The notes: generated from the letters alone by a model not told the origin. A DNA stretch of 64,000 bases from an uncultured Actinomycetota bacterium (GCA_963842295.1 CAWJFY010000006.1:182109-246108); one strand, 5' to 3'; counted from the stretch's first letter, positions 47,706 through 58,157 are shown. A program made the numbers and translations.

Positions 47706-48410
47706 ATGTGGGTCTTCCCGCTCACCGCCGCGGTGGTGGCGTTGGTGTTCGCGGCGTCGCTCGGGCGGCGGTTCGCTCGGAGCCGGCGGATCCACCTGGC
47801 CATGTGGTGCGGGGCGCTGCTCATGTACGGCGTTGCTTCCCTGGCGGTCGCGGCTGGCGCCGCCGGCGACTGGAGCCGGACGCTCTTCGAGGTGTACTGG
47901 ATCCTGGGCGCGGTGCTCAACGTCCCGCTGCTCGCCGCCGGTGAGGTGCACCTGCTCGGGCGACACTGGATCCTTGACCTGATCGTGTGGGCCGCCTTGG
48001 CGTTCGTGTTCGCGTACACGATCGCGGTGACGCGAGGGGCCCCCATCGATCCGGCGGCGCTCCGGGAACAGCTGCCGTCCGGCAAGGAGGTCTTCGGGGA
48101 TGGCTCGGCCGCTCATCGACTCCCGCAGCTCATCTCGATCCCCTCGTATCTGATCCTCGTCGGGGGCGCGGCGTGGTCGGCGTGGCGGATGCGCGGCCGG
48201 CCCGATCTCCGCGATCGCTTCACGGGGACGCTGCTCGTGGCGGCGGGCGCGACGATCACGGCCGCCGCGGGCTCGGCGTTCGCCGCGGTGGGGAACCTGC
48301 CCGCGTTCTCGCTCGCGTTGCTGGCCGGTGTCGCCGTGATGTTCCTGGGCTTCCTGAGGGCGACCCGCTCCCGCCCGGCGTCCGAACGCATCGAGCTCCC
48401 GGCACACTGA
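47706..48410 (+). CDS. Integral membrane hypothetical protein
   Basis: About seven hydrophobic segments; YWILGAVLNVPLLAAGEV. Confidence 0.75.
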   Translation: MWVFPLTAAVVALVFAASLGRRFARSRRIHLAMWCGALLMYGVASLAVAAGAAGDWSRTLFEVYWILGAVLNVPLLAAGEVHLLGRHWILDLIVWAALAFVFAYTIAVTRGAPIDPAALREQLPSGKEVFGDGSAAHRLPQLISIPSYLILVGGAAWSAWRMRGRPDLRDRFTGTLLVAAGATITAAAGSAFAAVGNLPAFSLALLAGVAVMFLGFLRATRSRPASERIELPAH

Positions 48411-48434
48411 GTGCGGCACAACGTCGCTCCCGGA

Positions 48435-49901
48435 TCACGCCGCAGCGATCAGGTTCCGGAGCGTCTGTCGAGCGATCGGCGCCTGGAGCGGATCGAACGC
48501 CGAACCGAGTGAGAGGGACCTGTGGAGCTGATCGCGTGCCAGGTCGTCTGCGCCGAGCGCGGCCGAGATCATCCCCGCGTGGTACCAGAGCCTCGGATCC
48601 GGTGTTCCGAAACGCAGCGCTTTCTCCGAGGCGGCACGTGCCTCCTCGAGTCTGCCTGACTTGTAGAGCGCCCACGCGTACGCGTCGTAGCCGTAGATGT
48701 CCCTGCGGATACGGAGTTCGCCCCTCGCGATCGCAACCGCTCGATCGACATGTACGTCGTGATCGGCGTAGAAGATCGCGAGCTGGCGGTCATAGACCTG
48801 GCGGTTGACGCTGGCGATGGTGGCGATCGCCTCGACGACCGCGTATTGCTCCTCGGCGAGCTGCCGTTCTCCACGGATCGCATACAGGTCGCCGAGGGCT
48901 GCCAAGGATTCGGGCTGGGGGACGGCCGCGATCGCACGCATGTAGAGGCGGATCGCGTCCTCGGTTCGCCCCTGGGCGGCGCGTGCCTTCGCGAGCATCG
49001 CCCGCGCGACGTAGTAGTCGGGGGCGACTCGCAGCGCATCCTCGTAGTGGGCCGCGGCCTCGTCGTATTCGGCTGCGTCGAATGCCAGCTGCCCCTGGAG
49101 GATCGAGTAGAAGGACAGCTCGGCGCCGAATGCCCCCGCCTCCCGCGCTTGCGTCTCGGCGATCGCTGCCAGCCGTATCGCCTCCCCGCTGTCTCCCCCC
49201 AGGAACGCCATCCGGGAGCGGCGGGCTTGAACGGCGCCTGCTCCCGGCACATCCCGAGCGAGCCGAGCAAACGTCGTCGTCGCCTCGTCGTAGCGCCCCA
49301 GCTCCATCTGCGCGTCTCCGATCACGGCGAGCGCGCCGTACTGAGTCTGATCCTGCGCGTAAACACCGGATGCGAGATCCAGGGCACCCGCGAAGTCGTG
49401 GGTCGTGTAGCGAACGACGGCGAGCAGCGCCGCCGCCTCGGGATCGTCTGGATAGATGTCCAGAGCTTTCGTGAGGTCGCCCCGGGCCTGCGCGTACGCG
49501 GCGACGTCGCCTGTCAATCGGCCACGGAGCAACCCGAGGCGGCCGAGGAAGGTGTAGTCGAGTGCGTTCGGCCGGGCACGCACCCGCCTTCCGAACGCGC
49601 GGATCAACCGCTCGATCTCTTCGATCTGCGAACGTCCAGGCGCCTGGCTCAGCCCGGCCGGGCCTCCCGGCGTCTGGATCTCCGCGGCGCGGGTCGCGGG
49701 CGCCGGTCGGACATCGGATCCGGACAGCGCTCGCACGACGTACGTGGCTCCGGCAAGCAGCGTCGCGACGAGGACGAGGACCACTCCACGGCCGATGGAA
49801 CTTCGGTGCTGGTGGCGCCTGGGAGCCACGGTGGGGGGTCCGCCTCGTGCCGGGCCCCTCAGGGATGGACCGGGCCGGATCGCGGATCCGCGTCTGCTCA
49901 T
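48435..49901 (-). CDS. Membrane-anchored TPR repeat protein
   Basis: N-terminal TM, repeats such as GDAQMELGRYDEA and DAYAWALYKSGRLEEA. Confidence 0.85.
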   Translation of the reverse strand: MSRRGSAIRPGPSLRGPARGGPPTVAPRRHQHRSSIGRGVVLVLVATLLAGATYVVRALSGSDVRPAPATRAAEIQTPGGPAGLSQAPGRSQIEEIERLIRAFGRRVRARPNALDYTFLGRLGLLRGRLTGDVAAYAQARGDLTKALDIYPDDPEAAALLAVVRYTTHDFAGALDLASGVYAQDQTQYGALAVIGDAQMELGRYDEATTTFARLARDVPGAGAVQARRSRMAFLGGDSGEAIRLAAIAETQAREAGAFGAELSFYSILQGQLAFDAAEYDEAAAHYEDALRVAPDYYVARAMLAKARAAQGRTEDAIRLYMRAIAAVPQPESLAALGDLYAIRGERQLAEEQYAVVEAIATIASVNRQVYDRQLAIFYADHDVHVDRAVAIARGELRIRRDIYGYDAYAWALYKSGRLEEARAASEKALRFGTPDPRLWYHAGMISAALGADDLARDQLHRSLSLGSAFDPLQAPIARQTLRNLIAAA

Positions 49902-49922
49902 CGTGCCGCCCCTTCTCCTCGC

Positions 49923-49970
49923 GCGGGAGGCCCGCGGAGCGCGAAGCGCTCCGCGGGCCGATCTTCCCGC
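49923..49970 (-). terminator. Intercistronic stem-loop (terminator or mRNA stabiliser)
   Basis: GGCCCGCGGAGCGC-GAA-GCGCTCCGCGGGCC (UUCG loop on minus strand), extended by GCGGGA/TCCCGC. Confidence 0.55.
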
Positions 49971-49975
49971 TGTGT

Positions 49976-51076
49976 TCAGTGAGGCTCCCCGAGGTACGGG
50001 AAGCGATGCAGGTAGTCGGTGTGCGCGTCCACGCAGTCCGTGCCGATCGCACCGGCGCCGTCGCGTCCCGGGAACGGGAAGCCGCCGGTCACGATGTTGA
50101 GCTCGGCGTCGATGACGTCGTCGGCAAGCGCACGGCCGTTCAGCGGACCCTGAGCCGACGTCGACGTGTCATAGGTGACCACGTCGGGCAGCAGAACTCC
50201 GGCGAGCGTGTTCAGCTGTCTGTTGGAGTAGGCACCCTCGCCGTCGAGCGCGGAGAACGCGGCCAGCACGTTCTTCACGTTGCTGCTGAAGCGCGCCACG
50301 TCGTTGGCCGGCTGGCCGTGGTTGAAGGCGTTCTTGTCCTCACCGCTGTTGAACACCGTGTTGATCGCAGGACGGGCCATCCGGTCGATGCGGTTGGAGA
50401 CCCCAGAGCCTGTGTCCGTCGTGGCCCAGACACCGATGCGGGAGCCGAGCGCCGAGTCCCGGACCTCCAAGACGATGGCGTTCGTATTGAGGGATTCGAA
50501 GAAGTCGATCCCCGCTGTGCCACCATCCTGGTCGCAGAAGCTCCGGCCGTTCGGTGCCCCGAGGACGCTCCCCTGGAACGCCGCGAGATCGAAGAAGAAC
50601 GGGTCCGAACGGAGCCCGGCGAAGGCTCGCCCGCCACCTGCGAGTGACGTCGAGGAACCTGTCTTGCCTCTGCCGATCACGTGGCCATCGGCGTCGCCTC
50701 GTTTCCGAGAGATCCGATATTTCTGCACACCGTCGTCGTTGGCCGGCCCGAAGCGGACGCGGTACACGATGTCCGCGACGGCGTCGCTGTTGCGATCCAC
50801 CCTGACCTTGTACGCGATGTCGGTCGCGTACTCCAACGGCGAGATCGCGCCGGCGGCCGGGTGCGTCGTCACGGCGATGACGGTCTTGGAACGGTTGTTC
50901 CCTTCGAAGACGTAGACGTCGTTGATGTCCCCGTCGTTTCGGCCCGATGGCGACATCGTGCCGGGCGCATCCAGATGGTCCGCCCCCATGGACAGCAGTG
51001 GCACCGCGCCCAGAGCGAGCACGAGCGCCGACGCCACCACGGAGGGGACGATCCGGGATCGTTTCCTTGAGGCCAT
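49976..51076 (-). CDS. Secreted DUF4331 family protein
   Basis: Signal peptide then ADHLDAP, DINDVYVF, FAGLRSDPFFFD, IDRMARPAIN, NGRALADDVID, FPYLGEPH. Confidence 0.9.
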   Translation of the reverse strand: MASRKRSRIVPSVVASALVLALGAVPLLSMGADHLDAPGTMSPSGRNDGDINDVYVFEGNNRSKTVIAVTTHPAAGAISPLEYATDIAYKVRVDRNSDAVADIVYRVRFGPANDDGVQKYRISRKRGDADGHVIGRGKTGSSTSLAGGGRAFAGLRSDPFFFDLAAFQGSVLGAPNGRSFCDQDGGTAGIDFFESLNTNAIVLEVRDSALGSRIGVWATTDTGSGVSNRIDRMARPAINTVFNSGEDKNAFNHGQPANDVARFSSNVKNVLAAFSALDGEGAYSNRQLNTLAGVLLPDVVTYDTSTSAQGPLNGRALADDVIDAELNIVTGGFPFPGRDGAGAIGTDCVDAHTDYLHRFPYLGEPH

Positions 51077-51221
51077 GCGTTCACGTCCTTCCTTGGATCC
51101 GGTCCTGTTGGATAGGAAGCGGCAGCCGGAACGGTCACCGCGGGCCGCGGACGGGGCGCTTGATCGGGACCACCACCCCCCTCCCTTTGTTTCGGGGTCT
51201 GGCCCATCCGGACGCAGAGGG

Positions 51222-51247
51222 TTCGCGTTCCGGACCGCGCCGGATCA
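51222..51247 (-). promoter_or_regulatory. Putative SigK-type ECF promoter for DUF4331-TPR
   Basis: Minus strand TGATCC-N16-CGAA, resembling the GATCC...GAA SigK pattern. Confidence 0.45.
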
Positions 51248-51349
51248 CCGGTCCTCGATTCCGAAACCTAGACCGGAGCGCCCCGGACGCAGTCGGCTGA
51301 GGCGCCCCGAAAAGGGCTCGCGGCACTGAGGTATTGCGCCCGCGGGAGG

Positions 51350-52069
51350 CTAGGCCGCCGCCTCCCACAAAGCGTCTCCCGGCTCGCTCGGTATCGTGCC
51401 CTCGACCTCCAGAGTGATCAGGACGCGATCGAACCTCGATCGATCGAAAGGCACCTCCACCACGGTGACGCCCGTGCTCGGGACGAACGTCTTCGCGAAC
51501 ACGGTGTTCACGCCGTCGGAGAGCCAGATCCCGTACACCTGACCTGCAGGCGGTGGCGGCACGTCGTCGCCGAGCAGGTAGAAGCGATCGACGTCGGGAG
51601 CGGTGACCTCCGACACCGGAGCTGGGTCCGCGGCATCGGCTCCGACCAGCCGCGCGCTGTCGGCGTCGGGAAGCTGCGAGTACCGCAGAGCCCGCGCGAA
51701 CAGATCGTTCCGATCCTGGAGGTCTCCGGCGCGGAGCAACTGTGAGACGGCCAGGCCACCGGCGACCAGGACCACCGCCATGCCTGCCGCGAGGCCCGCC
51801 CAGCGGGCGGCCGCGGGACGACCGGTCCGGGGTTCGAGCTCACGATGGAGGCGGGGAAGCAAGGTCTCGGGGGGCGCGATCGGATCCGCTGCGAAGGCGA
51901 GGTCGGCCACGGTGTCGCTGAACGCAAGCAGGGTCTCGCGGCACCTCTCGCAGCCCGGAACGTGGTCTGAGAGCAGCCCGTCGGCCTCCGTCGCATCCTC
52001 GCCGGAGAGGCTCCGCAAGGCGTAGCCCGCCATCAGCTCGTCGATACGGTCGTGCTCGTGCGGGTCCAT
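51350..52069 (-). CDS. Anti-sigma factor, RskA-like with zinc-binding HxxxCxxC
   Basis: AGYALRSL...HVPGCERC; TM; PPPAGQVYGIW...ITLEVEG. Confidence 0.82.
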   Translation of the reverse strand: MDPHEHDRIDELMAGYALRSLSGEDATEADGLLSDHVPGCERCRETLLAFSDTVADLAFAADPIAPPETLLPRLHRELEPRTGRPAAARWAGLAAGMAVVLVAGGLAVSQLLRAGDLQDRNDLFARALRYSQLPDADSARLVGADAADPAPVSEVTAPDVDRFYLLGDDVPPPPAGQVYGIWLSDGVNTVFAKTFVPSTGVTVVEVPFDRSRFDRVLITLEVEGTIPSEPGDALWEAAA

Positions 52070-52108
52070 CGGCGACCCCGACCTCGATCCCGGCGGCTCC
52101 AAAGGCCT

Positions 52109-52675
52109 TCAGTCCTCCTGCTCGAGGGCGCGCCGGAGCTTCCGGAGCGCCGCGAACGTTCTGGTCTTCACGGTGCCGAGGGGGATGCCGAGCTCCTCGG
52201 CGATCCGTACCTGGGTCATGCCTGCGAAGTAGGCCATCTCCAGCACCTGCCGTTGCTCTGCTGAGAGGTCTGCGAGCGCATCCCGGACCTCGCGGCGACG
52301 CCGTGCGACGAAGTCCTCGTCGACGACGCGTTCAGAAAGGTCTTCGCCCGCGACGGGCTCGAGGTTCGCCGCTCGATCGTGTCGCGCGCGCAACCGCTCC
52401 TCGCGTCGGATCGTATCGACCGCCCGATGATGGACGAGCGACAGGAAGAAGCTCCTGAAGGCGCCACGGGCCGCATCGAACGCCTCGGGTGCGCGCCAGA
52501 GCGCGAGGAACGCATCGTGGACCGCATCCTGTGCCAGCAAGCGTTGTCCCGTGAGCCGATACGCGATCCCGTAGGCGGTGGGCGAATATCGCCGGTAGAG
52601 CTCGTCGAACGCCCCTCGGTCGCCGGCGGAAAGGCGCCGGTGAAGTTCCAGATCCTCCCGGTCGCCGTCTCTCAT
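52109..52675 (-). CDS. ECF sigma factor, SigK-like
   Basis: GDRGAFDELYRRY, DAVHDAFLALWR, HHRAVDTIR, LEMAYFAGMTQ, IPLGTVKTR; start uncertain (52675-52708). Confidence 0.88.
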   Translation of the reverse strand: MRDGDREDLELHRRLSAGDRGAFDELYRRYSPTAYGIAYRLTGQRLLAQDAVHDAFLALWRAPEAFDAARGAFRSFFLSLVHHRAVDTIRREERLRARHDRAANLEPVAGEDLSERVVDEDFVARRRREVRDALADLSAEQRQVLEMAYFAGMTQVRIAEELGIPLGTVKTRTFAALRKLRRALEQED

Positions 52676-52706
52676 GCTCTTGGCGCGGGAAGCTACCATC
52701 GCCTCC

Positions 52707-52970
52707 ATGCAACGGCGCCCCATGTATCGCCGCCCCATGCACCGGGTCGTCCTGTACTCCCGCGCGGGGTGTCATCTGTGCGACGTGGCTCGCGAAACGA
52801 TCCTGTCGGAGCGGACGCGGCTCGGATTCGAGTTCGCGGAGGTCGACATCGAAGGCGACGACGACCTCGAGTTGGAGTATGGGATCCGGATCCCCGTGGT
52901 CGATGTCGACGGGGAAGAGGCCTTCGAGATCAGCGTCGACCCTGGAAAGCTCGCGCGGTTGGTGGGATGA
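52707..52970 (+). CDS. Glutaredoxin-like protein (DUF836)
   Basis: VVLYSRAGCHLCD...YGIRIPVV; start 52707 (after TACCAT) or 52737. Confidence 0.88.
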   Translation: MQRRPMYRRPMHRVVLYSRAGCHLCDVARETILSERTRLGFEFAEVDIEGDDDLELEYGIRIPVVDVDGEEAFEISVDPGKLARLVG

Positions 52971-53059
52971 ATGCGCCAGTCCGCAAGGCTCGTGCACTTG
53001 TGAATGCTGCGGCCGATTTCGGCTAGGCTCATGGAGATGAGCACGGGATCGCATCGGCC

Positions 53060-53743
53060 GTGACGGATCGGTCGATACCCGAGGCGACGGTCGGACGGCT
53101 GCCGAGGTACCTCCAGGCGCTCGGCGGGATGGCCGCGGAGGGGATCGTGGTCGCCTCCTCCGAGGACCTGGCTCTCGCCGCCGGGGTCACGTCCGCCAAG
53201 GTCCGCAAGGATCTCTCGCATCTGGGCTCGTACGGCACTCGCGGGGTGGGCTACGACGTGGCGTACCTGATCCACCAGATCCGTCGGGAGCTCGGACTCA
53301 CCCAGGACTGGGCCATCGCGATCGCCGGCATCGGGAACCTGGGACACGCCCTCGCCAACTACAAGGGCTTCGGTGCCCGCGGCTTCCGCGTCGCGGCTCT
53401 CGTCGACATCGATCCGGGAAAGATCGGCGAACGGGTGGGCGACATCGAGGTCCTCCATGTCGACGCGCTCCCGGAGCTGGTGCGAGAGCGGGGGATCGCG
53501 ATCGGCGTCATCGCGACTCCCGCGACAGCCGTCCAGGACGTCGGCGATCGCATGGTCGCCGCGGGGATCCGGTCCATCCTGAACTTCGCGCCCGCCCCGC
53601 TCGTCGCCCCGGCCGGGGTGTCGGTCCGGTCGGTCGATCTTGCGGTGGAGCTCCAGATCCTCGCCTACTACGAACAGCGCAAGGCGGCGTTGGCCGACGT
53701 TCGGCGAGGCGGCGGGACGGTGGCGTTCGCCCCGACCCGGTGA
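53060..53743 (+). CDS. rex: Redox-sensing repressor Rex
   Basis: IPEATVGRLPRY, VRKDLSHLGSYGTRGVGY, GIGNLGHAL, ILNFAP. Confidence 0.96.
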   Translation: MTDRSIPEATVGRLPRYLQALGGMAAEGIVVASSEDLALAAGVTSAKVRKDLSHLGSYGTRGVGYDVAYLIHQIRRELGLTQDWAIAIAGIGNLGHALANYKGFGARGFRVAALVDIDPGKIGERVGDIEVLHVDALPELVRERGIAIGVIATPATAVQDVGDRMVAAGIRSILNFAPAPLVAPAGVSVRSVDLAVELQILAYYEQRKAALADVRRGGGTVAFAPTR

Positions 53744-53776
53744 GGGTGCGCACAGGGCAGCGGACCGACGATCGCG

Positions 53777-53884
53777 CTACTTCGCGATCGTGATCCAGAG
53801 CACGAAGAGGACGACCAGGATCATCACTCCGAGGAGGATGAATTGGATGCTTCCCTGATCGAGGAGTGGTACCTGAGCTAGCAC
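53777..53884 (-). CDS. Small single-TM protein (35 aa) ending the cytochrome bc operon
   Basis: RBS GAGGAGG; MLAQVPLLDQGSIQFILLGVMILVVLFVLWITIAK. Confidence 0.7.
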   Translation of the reverse strand: MLAQVPLLDQGSIQFILLGVMILVVLFVLWITIAK

Positions 53885-53918
53885 GCTCCCACCTCCTCTC
53901 CCGATCGCCGGTCGCCCA

Positions 53919-54650
53919 TCACGCGGGTCCGTACCAGGGCGGGGCGGCCCCGCCGGTGAGGAAGTCCTTGCGCTTGCGCTCCGCGGCGTCGAGCAGCGGC
54001 AGATGGACCGCGAACAGGATCACCGAGCCGGCGAGGAACATGTAGGAGTACTTCGGGACGCTCCCCTCGTCGTAGTACAGGGACACCGTCCAGAGCGGCC
54101 CCCCATCGAGGAAGTGGGCTTGCGCGACGGCGAGCCGGGCGCCCCCTGACGTCGCGAAGTGAAGGTCGTCCACGGCGAAGTCGACGCCGGTGACCGCCCT
54201 CGGGTCCGTACCCGGGATCTCGAGTTCCAGATTGGCCTCTTCGGCGAGGAAGTCGGTCACGATGCCGCCCACCGACTGCACATCCGCGGTCTGCCCCTGT
54301 TCCGGCTCCTTCCAGGGCTCGCTCGGGTAGCTGCGGAAGGCCTCGTACCGATCGCTCGTCTCACCGGTGGATGCGAGGATGGGGACCCAACTGGGCTCCG
54401 CTCCGCGCGGTCCGAGATTGACGGGCGTGTCGGGACCCTGCGAGTAGAAGCCGAAGGCCCAGAGGGCGGAGAGGACGATCATCCACCCTGAGAATGCGAC
54501 CATCACGACGAGGTAGCTCATCCAGCGGCCGAGGACGGCGGTCAGGATGAGATACACGCTCCCTATGAAGAGCGTGAGCGCCATGAGGACCACGCCAGCA
54601 CCCTTGGCGAGGACCCCGCAGTCGACGTTGAAGCCGAGGCAGGTGTCCAT
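53919..54650 (-). CDS. Membrane protein of the cytochrome bc operon
   Basis: Two N-terminal and one C-terminal TM; coupled to the cytochrome c gene. Confidence 0.75.
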   Translation of the reverse strand: MDTCLGFNVDCGVLAKGAGVVLMALTLFIGSVYLILTAVLGRWMSYLVVMVAFSGWMIVLSALWAFGFYSQGPDTPVNLGPRGAEPSWVPILASTGETSDRYEAFRSYPSEPWKEPEQGQTADVQSVGGIVTDFLAEEANLELEIPGTDPRAVTGVDFAVDDLHFATSGGARLAVAQAHFLDGGPLWTVSLYYDEGSVPKYSYMFLAGSVILFAVHLPLLDAAERKRKDFLTGGAAPPWYGPA

Positions 54651-55354
54651 CAAGGGTCCCTGGGGTTGCTGGTCGGGTTCTCGAGCGCCCGGGCGGACGC
54701 CTCCTCGTTCAGACAGACGTTGTCCTCGAACGGCACGTTCTTCGAGGAAAGATCCACCAGGTACACGACGATGTCGTTGATCTGCTGGTCGTCGAGGGCG
54801 CCTTCGAATCGGATGCTCCACGAGGGCATGACGGGCGGCCGGCCCTCAGAGATGACTTGATAGATGTCGTCGACCGAATAGATCGCCGGGTGGCCCGTCG
54901 AGGCGCCGCCGCAGACCGTCGTCAGGTCGGGCGGGAACGCGAACGTGGCTCCCGCTTGCACGATGCCGCCGGTCAGATCGGGTCCGTGGCACCGGACGCA
55001 TCCCACCCCAAGCTGATTCTCCTCGGAGAACGGAAGGACCGCCCTCTCGCCGCGGTCGAGGGCCAGCTCCTTCAGCTCGTGCTCCTGGTTCAGGTTGGTC
55101 GAGGGCTCGAAGATCCACGTCGCCGGGAGCCAGACGACGAAGAACGCCAGCATGACCACGCTCCAGCCTTGAAGCTTCTGGAGTAGGGGAGTCTCGAGGG
55201 CGGCGTCGGACGGACCTGGTTTCAGCGCGTCGGGGATGTCCGGTCCCGTCTCGCGGGTGCGTTGCCGGAGCGCCAGCCCGGCGATGGCCGCGACCGTGAT
55301 GAGCGCCCCCGCGATCGCGAGCCCTATCCCCGCCGCCGTCGACAGTGCGAGCAT
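54650..55354 (-). CDS. Membrane-anchored monoheme cytochrome c
   Basis: Single CVRCH; candidate axial Met in GRPPVMPSW. Confidence 0.88.
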   Translation of the reverse strand: MLALSTAAGIGLAIAGALITVAAIAGLALRQRTRETGPDIPDALKPGPSDAALETPLLQKLQGWSVVMLAFFVVWLPATWIFEPSTNLNQEHELKELALDRGERAVLPFSEENQLGVGCVRCHGPDLTGGIVQAGATFAFPPDLTTVCGGASTGHPAIYSVDDIYQVISEGRPPVMPSWSIRFEGALDDQQINDIVVYLVDLSSKNVPFEDNVCLNEEASARALENPTSNPRDP

Positions 55355-55369
55355 CGCTCTCGTCCGCCC

Positions 55370-56101
55370 CTATCCCGGCGCCACGCAGAAGGCGCCCTGC
55401 GGAGGTTGGTCGATCGTGTCGGTGCCGCGGGGAGGTCCGAGGACGACCTCGGAGGTGTCGACCATCACGCGGCCTCCCGAGATCTCCATGTGGAAGCGAT
55501 CCATCCCGCGTGGGGCCGGGCCGAGCTGGTACTCACCGGCCTGGTTGTACTTCGAGCCGTGGCACGGGCACTCGAACCACTTCGACTGGCCGCAGAACGG
55601 CACCCGGCAGCCGAGGTGCACGCACCGCTGGTAAAGCGGCATGATCCCCTCGCCGGCCACACCCTCGTTCGCGTAGTCGATGCCGCCCTTCGGGGTGCCG
55701 TTGTACGGCACGATATAGAAGCGGCCCGTTCCGACGTAGAACGGCTCACCCGAGCTGACGGCGGCCCTGATCTCGTCCAACGGGCCCGCGTCGATCAGCG
55801 CGCCGAAGCCCCCCTTGAGGCTGGGCCACAGGAACGCGATCGACGCGCCCCCGAAGTCGGCGGCGAACACGAGGAGCGACGTGATCAAGGACTTCCGGAA
55901 GAAGTCTCGACGCGACACGGCCGGCGCCCGTGTGGGAGGCGTGGGGAGGCCCGCGGCTCGCGCCCGGGTGGCGGCGACGGCATCCTGTTGCCGCTGGTAG
56001 GACCGGAGGGAGATCACGAAGAACGCGATCGCGAAGATCAAGACCGCCAGGAGAGCGGCGATCGCAGCGACGAGTCCGGCAGACACGGCGAGCGTCCTCA
56101 C
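55370..56101 (-). CDS. Rieske iron-sulfur subunit of the cytochrome bc complex
   Basis: Tat-like [28 protein letters not shown]. Confidence 0.92.
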   Translation of the reverse strand: MRTLAVSAGLVAAIAALLAVLIFAIAFFVISLRSYQRQQDAVAATRARAAGLPTPPTRAPAVSRRDFFRKSLITSLLVFAADFGGASIAFLWPSLKGGFGALIDAGPLDEIRAAVSSGEPFYVGTGRFYIVPYNGTPKGGIDYANEGVAGEGIMPLYQRCVHLGCRVPFCGQSKWFECPCHGSKYNQAGEYQLGPAPRGMDRFHMEISGGRVMVDTSEVVLGPPRGTDTIDQPPQGAFCVAPG

Positions 56102-56934
56102 AGCTCGAAGAACACCCCCTGGGCCCACGGCCAGATCCAGTTGTAGCCAGGGCCGCGGAAGAACGAGCCGATGATCGTGAGCACGGCGCCGAACATGAAC
56201 ATCATCGTGAACAGCGTGAGCGCGATCTTCCTATCGCCAGGGCGGGTGCTGGGGTTCCTATCGACGAACGGCACCGCCGCGAGTCCGACGAGGATGAAGG
56301 TCGGGATCGAGATCCCCGCGACCATCGGGTGGAAGTAGCGCAGCAGCTCCTGGAGTCCGAGGAAGTACCAGGGCGCCTTCGACGGGTTCGGCGTGAGGTT
56401 GGCGTTGGCCAGCTCCCGCAGCGGGGCGTTCACGAAGGTGGAGAAGACCACCAAGCCCACCGAGAGCACGAACATCGCCACGAACTCTTCGATCAGCAGG
56501 TGGGGCCACACGTTCACCCGGTCGCCCTGCTCGCGCTCGACCCGCTGGATGCCTTCCGGCGGCACCAGCGCCAGCAGCCGGTGCTTGTCCGGTGCTCCCT
56601 TCTTCGGCGTCGGGATATTGCCGGTCGGGAGCGGCGCGGTTCTCGTCGGGGCGCTCACGGGTGCGGCTGCCACCATGGCGGCCTGGCCGGCCGGCGCAGC
56701 GGCCGCCGGTACGGCAGCAGCCGCCGCGGGCGCCTGCACCGGAGCCTCTCCGTTGCCACCGGCGGCCGCCGCGGGCGGAGCGCCTTCCTCTTCGGGATGC
56801 GCAGCCTTGTAGGCCCGCACGGCGGCCGACCGGGCCCGACCGTCGGCCACGCGCCGGTCCGTGCCGGCGTCGAGCTGCTCCTTGAGGACGCGCTCGAAGA
56901 CCTCCTGATCGAGTGGGGTGTCGTCGCGTGCCAT
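56098..56934 (-). CDS. Cytochrome b subunit IV (PetD-like) with N-terminal extension
   Basis: [43 protein letters not shown]. Confidence 0.85.
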   Translation of the reverse strand: MARDDTPLDQEVFERVLKEQLDAGTDRRVADGRARSAAVRAYKAAHPEEEGAPPAAAAGGNGEAPVQAPAAAAAVPAAAAPAGQAAMVAAAPVSAPTRTAPLPTGNIPTPKKGAPDKHRLLALVPPEGIQRVEREQGDRVNVWPHLLIEEFVAMFVLSVGLVVFSTFVNAPLRELANANLTPNPSKAPWYFLGLQELLRYFHPMVAGISIPTFILVGLAAVPFVDRNPSTRPGDRKIALTLFTMMFMFGAVLTIIGSFFRGPGYNWIWPWAQGVFFEL

Positions 56935-56944
56935 CACCGGCCTC

Positions 56945-57715
56945 CTAGAGCGGTCCCGAGATCCCGCCGTCCTTGCGGATCCGCCAGAAGTGGACCGACA
57001 GGAACAGCACCAAGACGAACGGAAGGGCGAGGACGTGGAGCGTGTACCAGCGCAGCAGCGTCTCGGGTCCGACGACCACGCCGCCCAGCAGCAGGAAGTT
57101 CGCCTGTTTCGCGATGAACGGCGAGTAGCCCGCGAGCGAGGTGCCCACGGTCACGGCCCAGATCGCCAGCTGGTCCCACGGGAGCAGGTAACCCGTGAAC
57201 GACAGGCCGAGCGTGAGGAAGAGCAGGATCACGCCAACGACCCAATTGAACTCGCGCGGGGGCTTGTAGGCACCGGTGTAGAACACGCGCGCCATGTGCA
57301 GCGTGACGCTGAAGACCATCAGGTGCGCACCCCATCGATGGAGGTTCCGTACGAAGTCGCCGAAGAACACCGTCGTTCGGATGTTCTGCATGTCGGCGTA
57401 GGCCGGCGCGCCACCGATGTCGGCCATCGGCCGGTAGAAGAACATCAGGAAGATCCCGGTGACTGTGAGCAGGATGAAGAGGAAGAACGACAGGCCGCCC
57501 AGGCAGAACGTGTAGGTCAGCTTCAGCCCGTGACGCTTCACCTTCACCGGGTGGAGGTGGTACAGCACGTTGTTCATCGTCGCGAGCGCGCGGTCGCGCG
57601 ACGTGTCCTTGTAGCCCTTCCGGAAGATCGAGCCCGGCCGGAAGATCGACTTCCATACCTCGGTCTCCCGGAGACGATCGCCGAGCTCGCTCGGCGACGG
57701 GGGCTTCAGCTTCAA
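56945..57715 (-). CDS. Cytochrome b6-like subunit (PetB-like)
   Basis: [18 protein letters not shown]...[17 protein letters not shown]-x14-H, ends GGISGPL. Confidence 0.92.
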   Translation of the reverse strand: MKLKPPSPSELGDRLRETEVWKSIFRPGSIFRKGYKDTSRDRALATMNNVLYHLHPVKVKRHGLKLTYTFCLGGLSFFLFILLTVTGIFLMFFYRPMADIGGAPAYADMQNIRTTVFFGDFVRNLHRWGAHLMVFSVTLHMARVFYTGAYKPPREFNWVVGVILLFLTLGLSFTGYLLPWDQLAIWAVTVGTSLAGYSPFIAKQANFLLLGGVVVGPETLLRWYTLHVLALPFVLVLFLSVHFWRIRKDGGISGPL

Positions 57716-57743
57716 CGGGTTCCCCCTCTCGCGGTCGGCACGA

Positions 57744-58139
57744 TCACTCCTCGGCCGCCTGGGACGTCGGAACCTCGGCCATCGTCCGTTTGCCGCCGGA
57801 ACCCTCCGGCAGCCGCGCATAGTACAGCGTGTCCGTGGGGCACCGGTCCACGCAGACGGAGCACCTCGTACACGCGTTGTCGTCAACGACGAAGATCGCG
57901 GACGAGGTGAGCACCTCGGCCTCCGAGGCAGGCGTCTCGGAGTCCTCGACGATGTCGGGTGAGAGCATGAAGATGCAGTTCCACGGACAGACGTCCTCGC
58001 ACGCCCGGCACAAGATGCAGTTGTCGGGATCCAGCATCAGGTGCTTCGGCGACTTCACGCCTTGTGCGAGCCAGGCAGGGTCGACCGCCTCGAGCGTGTA
58101 ATCCTCGTGGATGTCGACTTCGGTCTTGGTGAACGGCAT
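57744..58139 (-). CDS. 2x[4Fe-4S] ferredoxin
   Basis: [12 protein letters not shown] and [12 protein letters not shown]. Confidence 0.92.
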   Translation of the reverse strand: MPFTKTEVDIHEDYTLEAVDPAWLAQGVKSPKHLMLDPDNCILCRACEDVCPWNCIFMLSPDIVEDSETPASEAEVLTSSAIFVVDDNACTRCSVCVDRCPTDTLYYARLPEGSGGKRTMAEVPTSQAAEE

Positions 58140-58157
58140 CTTTCTTCCCGTGGCCTC

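Noticed and set aside
52707-52745. Imperfect 15-bp tandem repeat (MQRRP-MYRRP-MHR)
   Set aside because: Too short and degenerate; only makes the glutaredoxin start ambiguous.
52989-53006. Rex autoregulatory site upstream of rex
   Set aside because: Only half-site matches; not palindromic.
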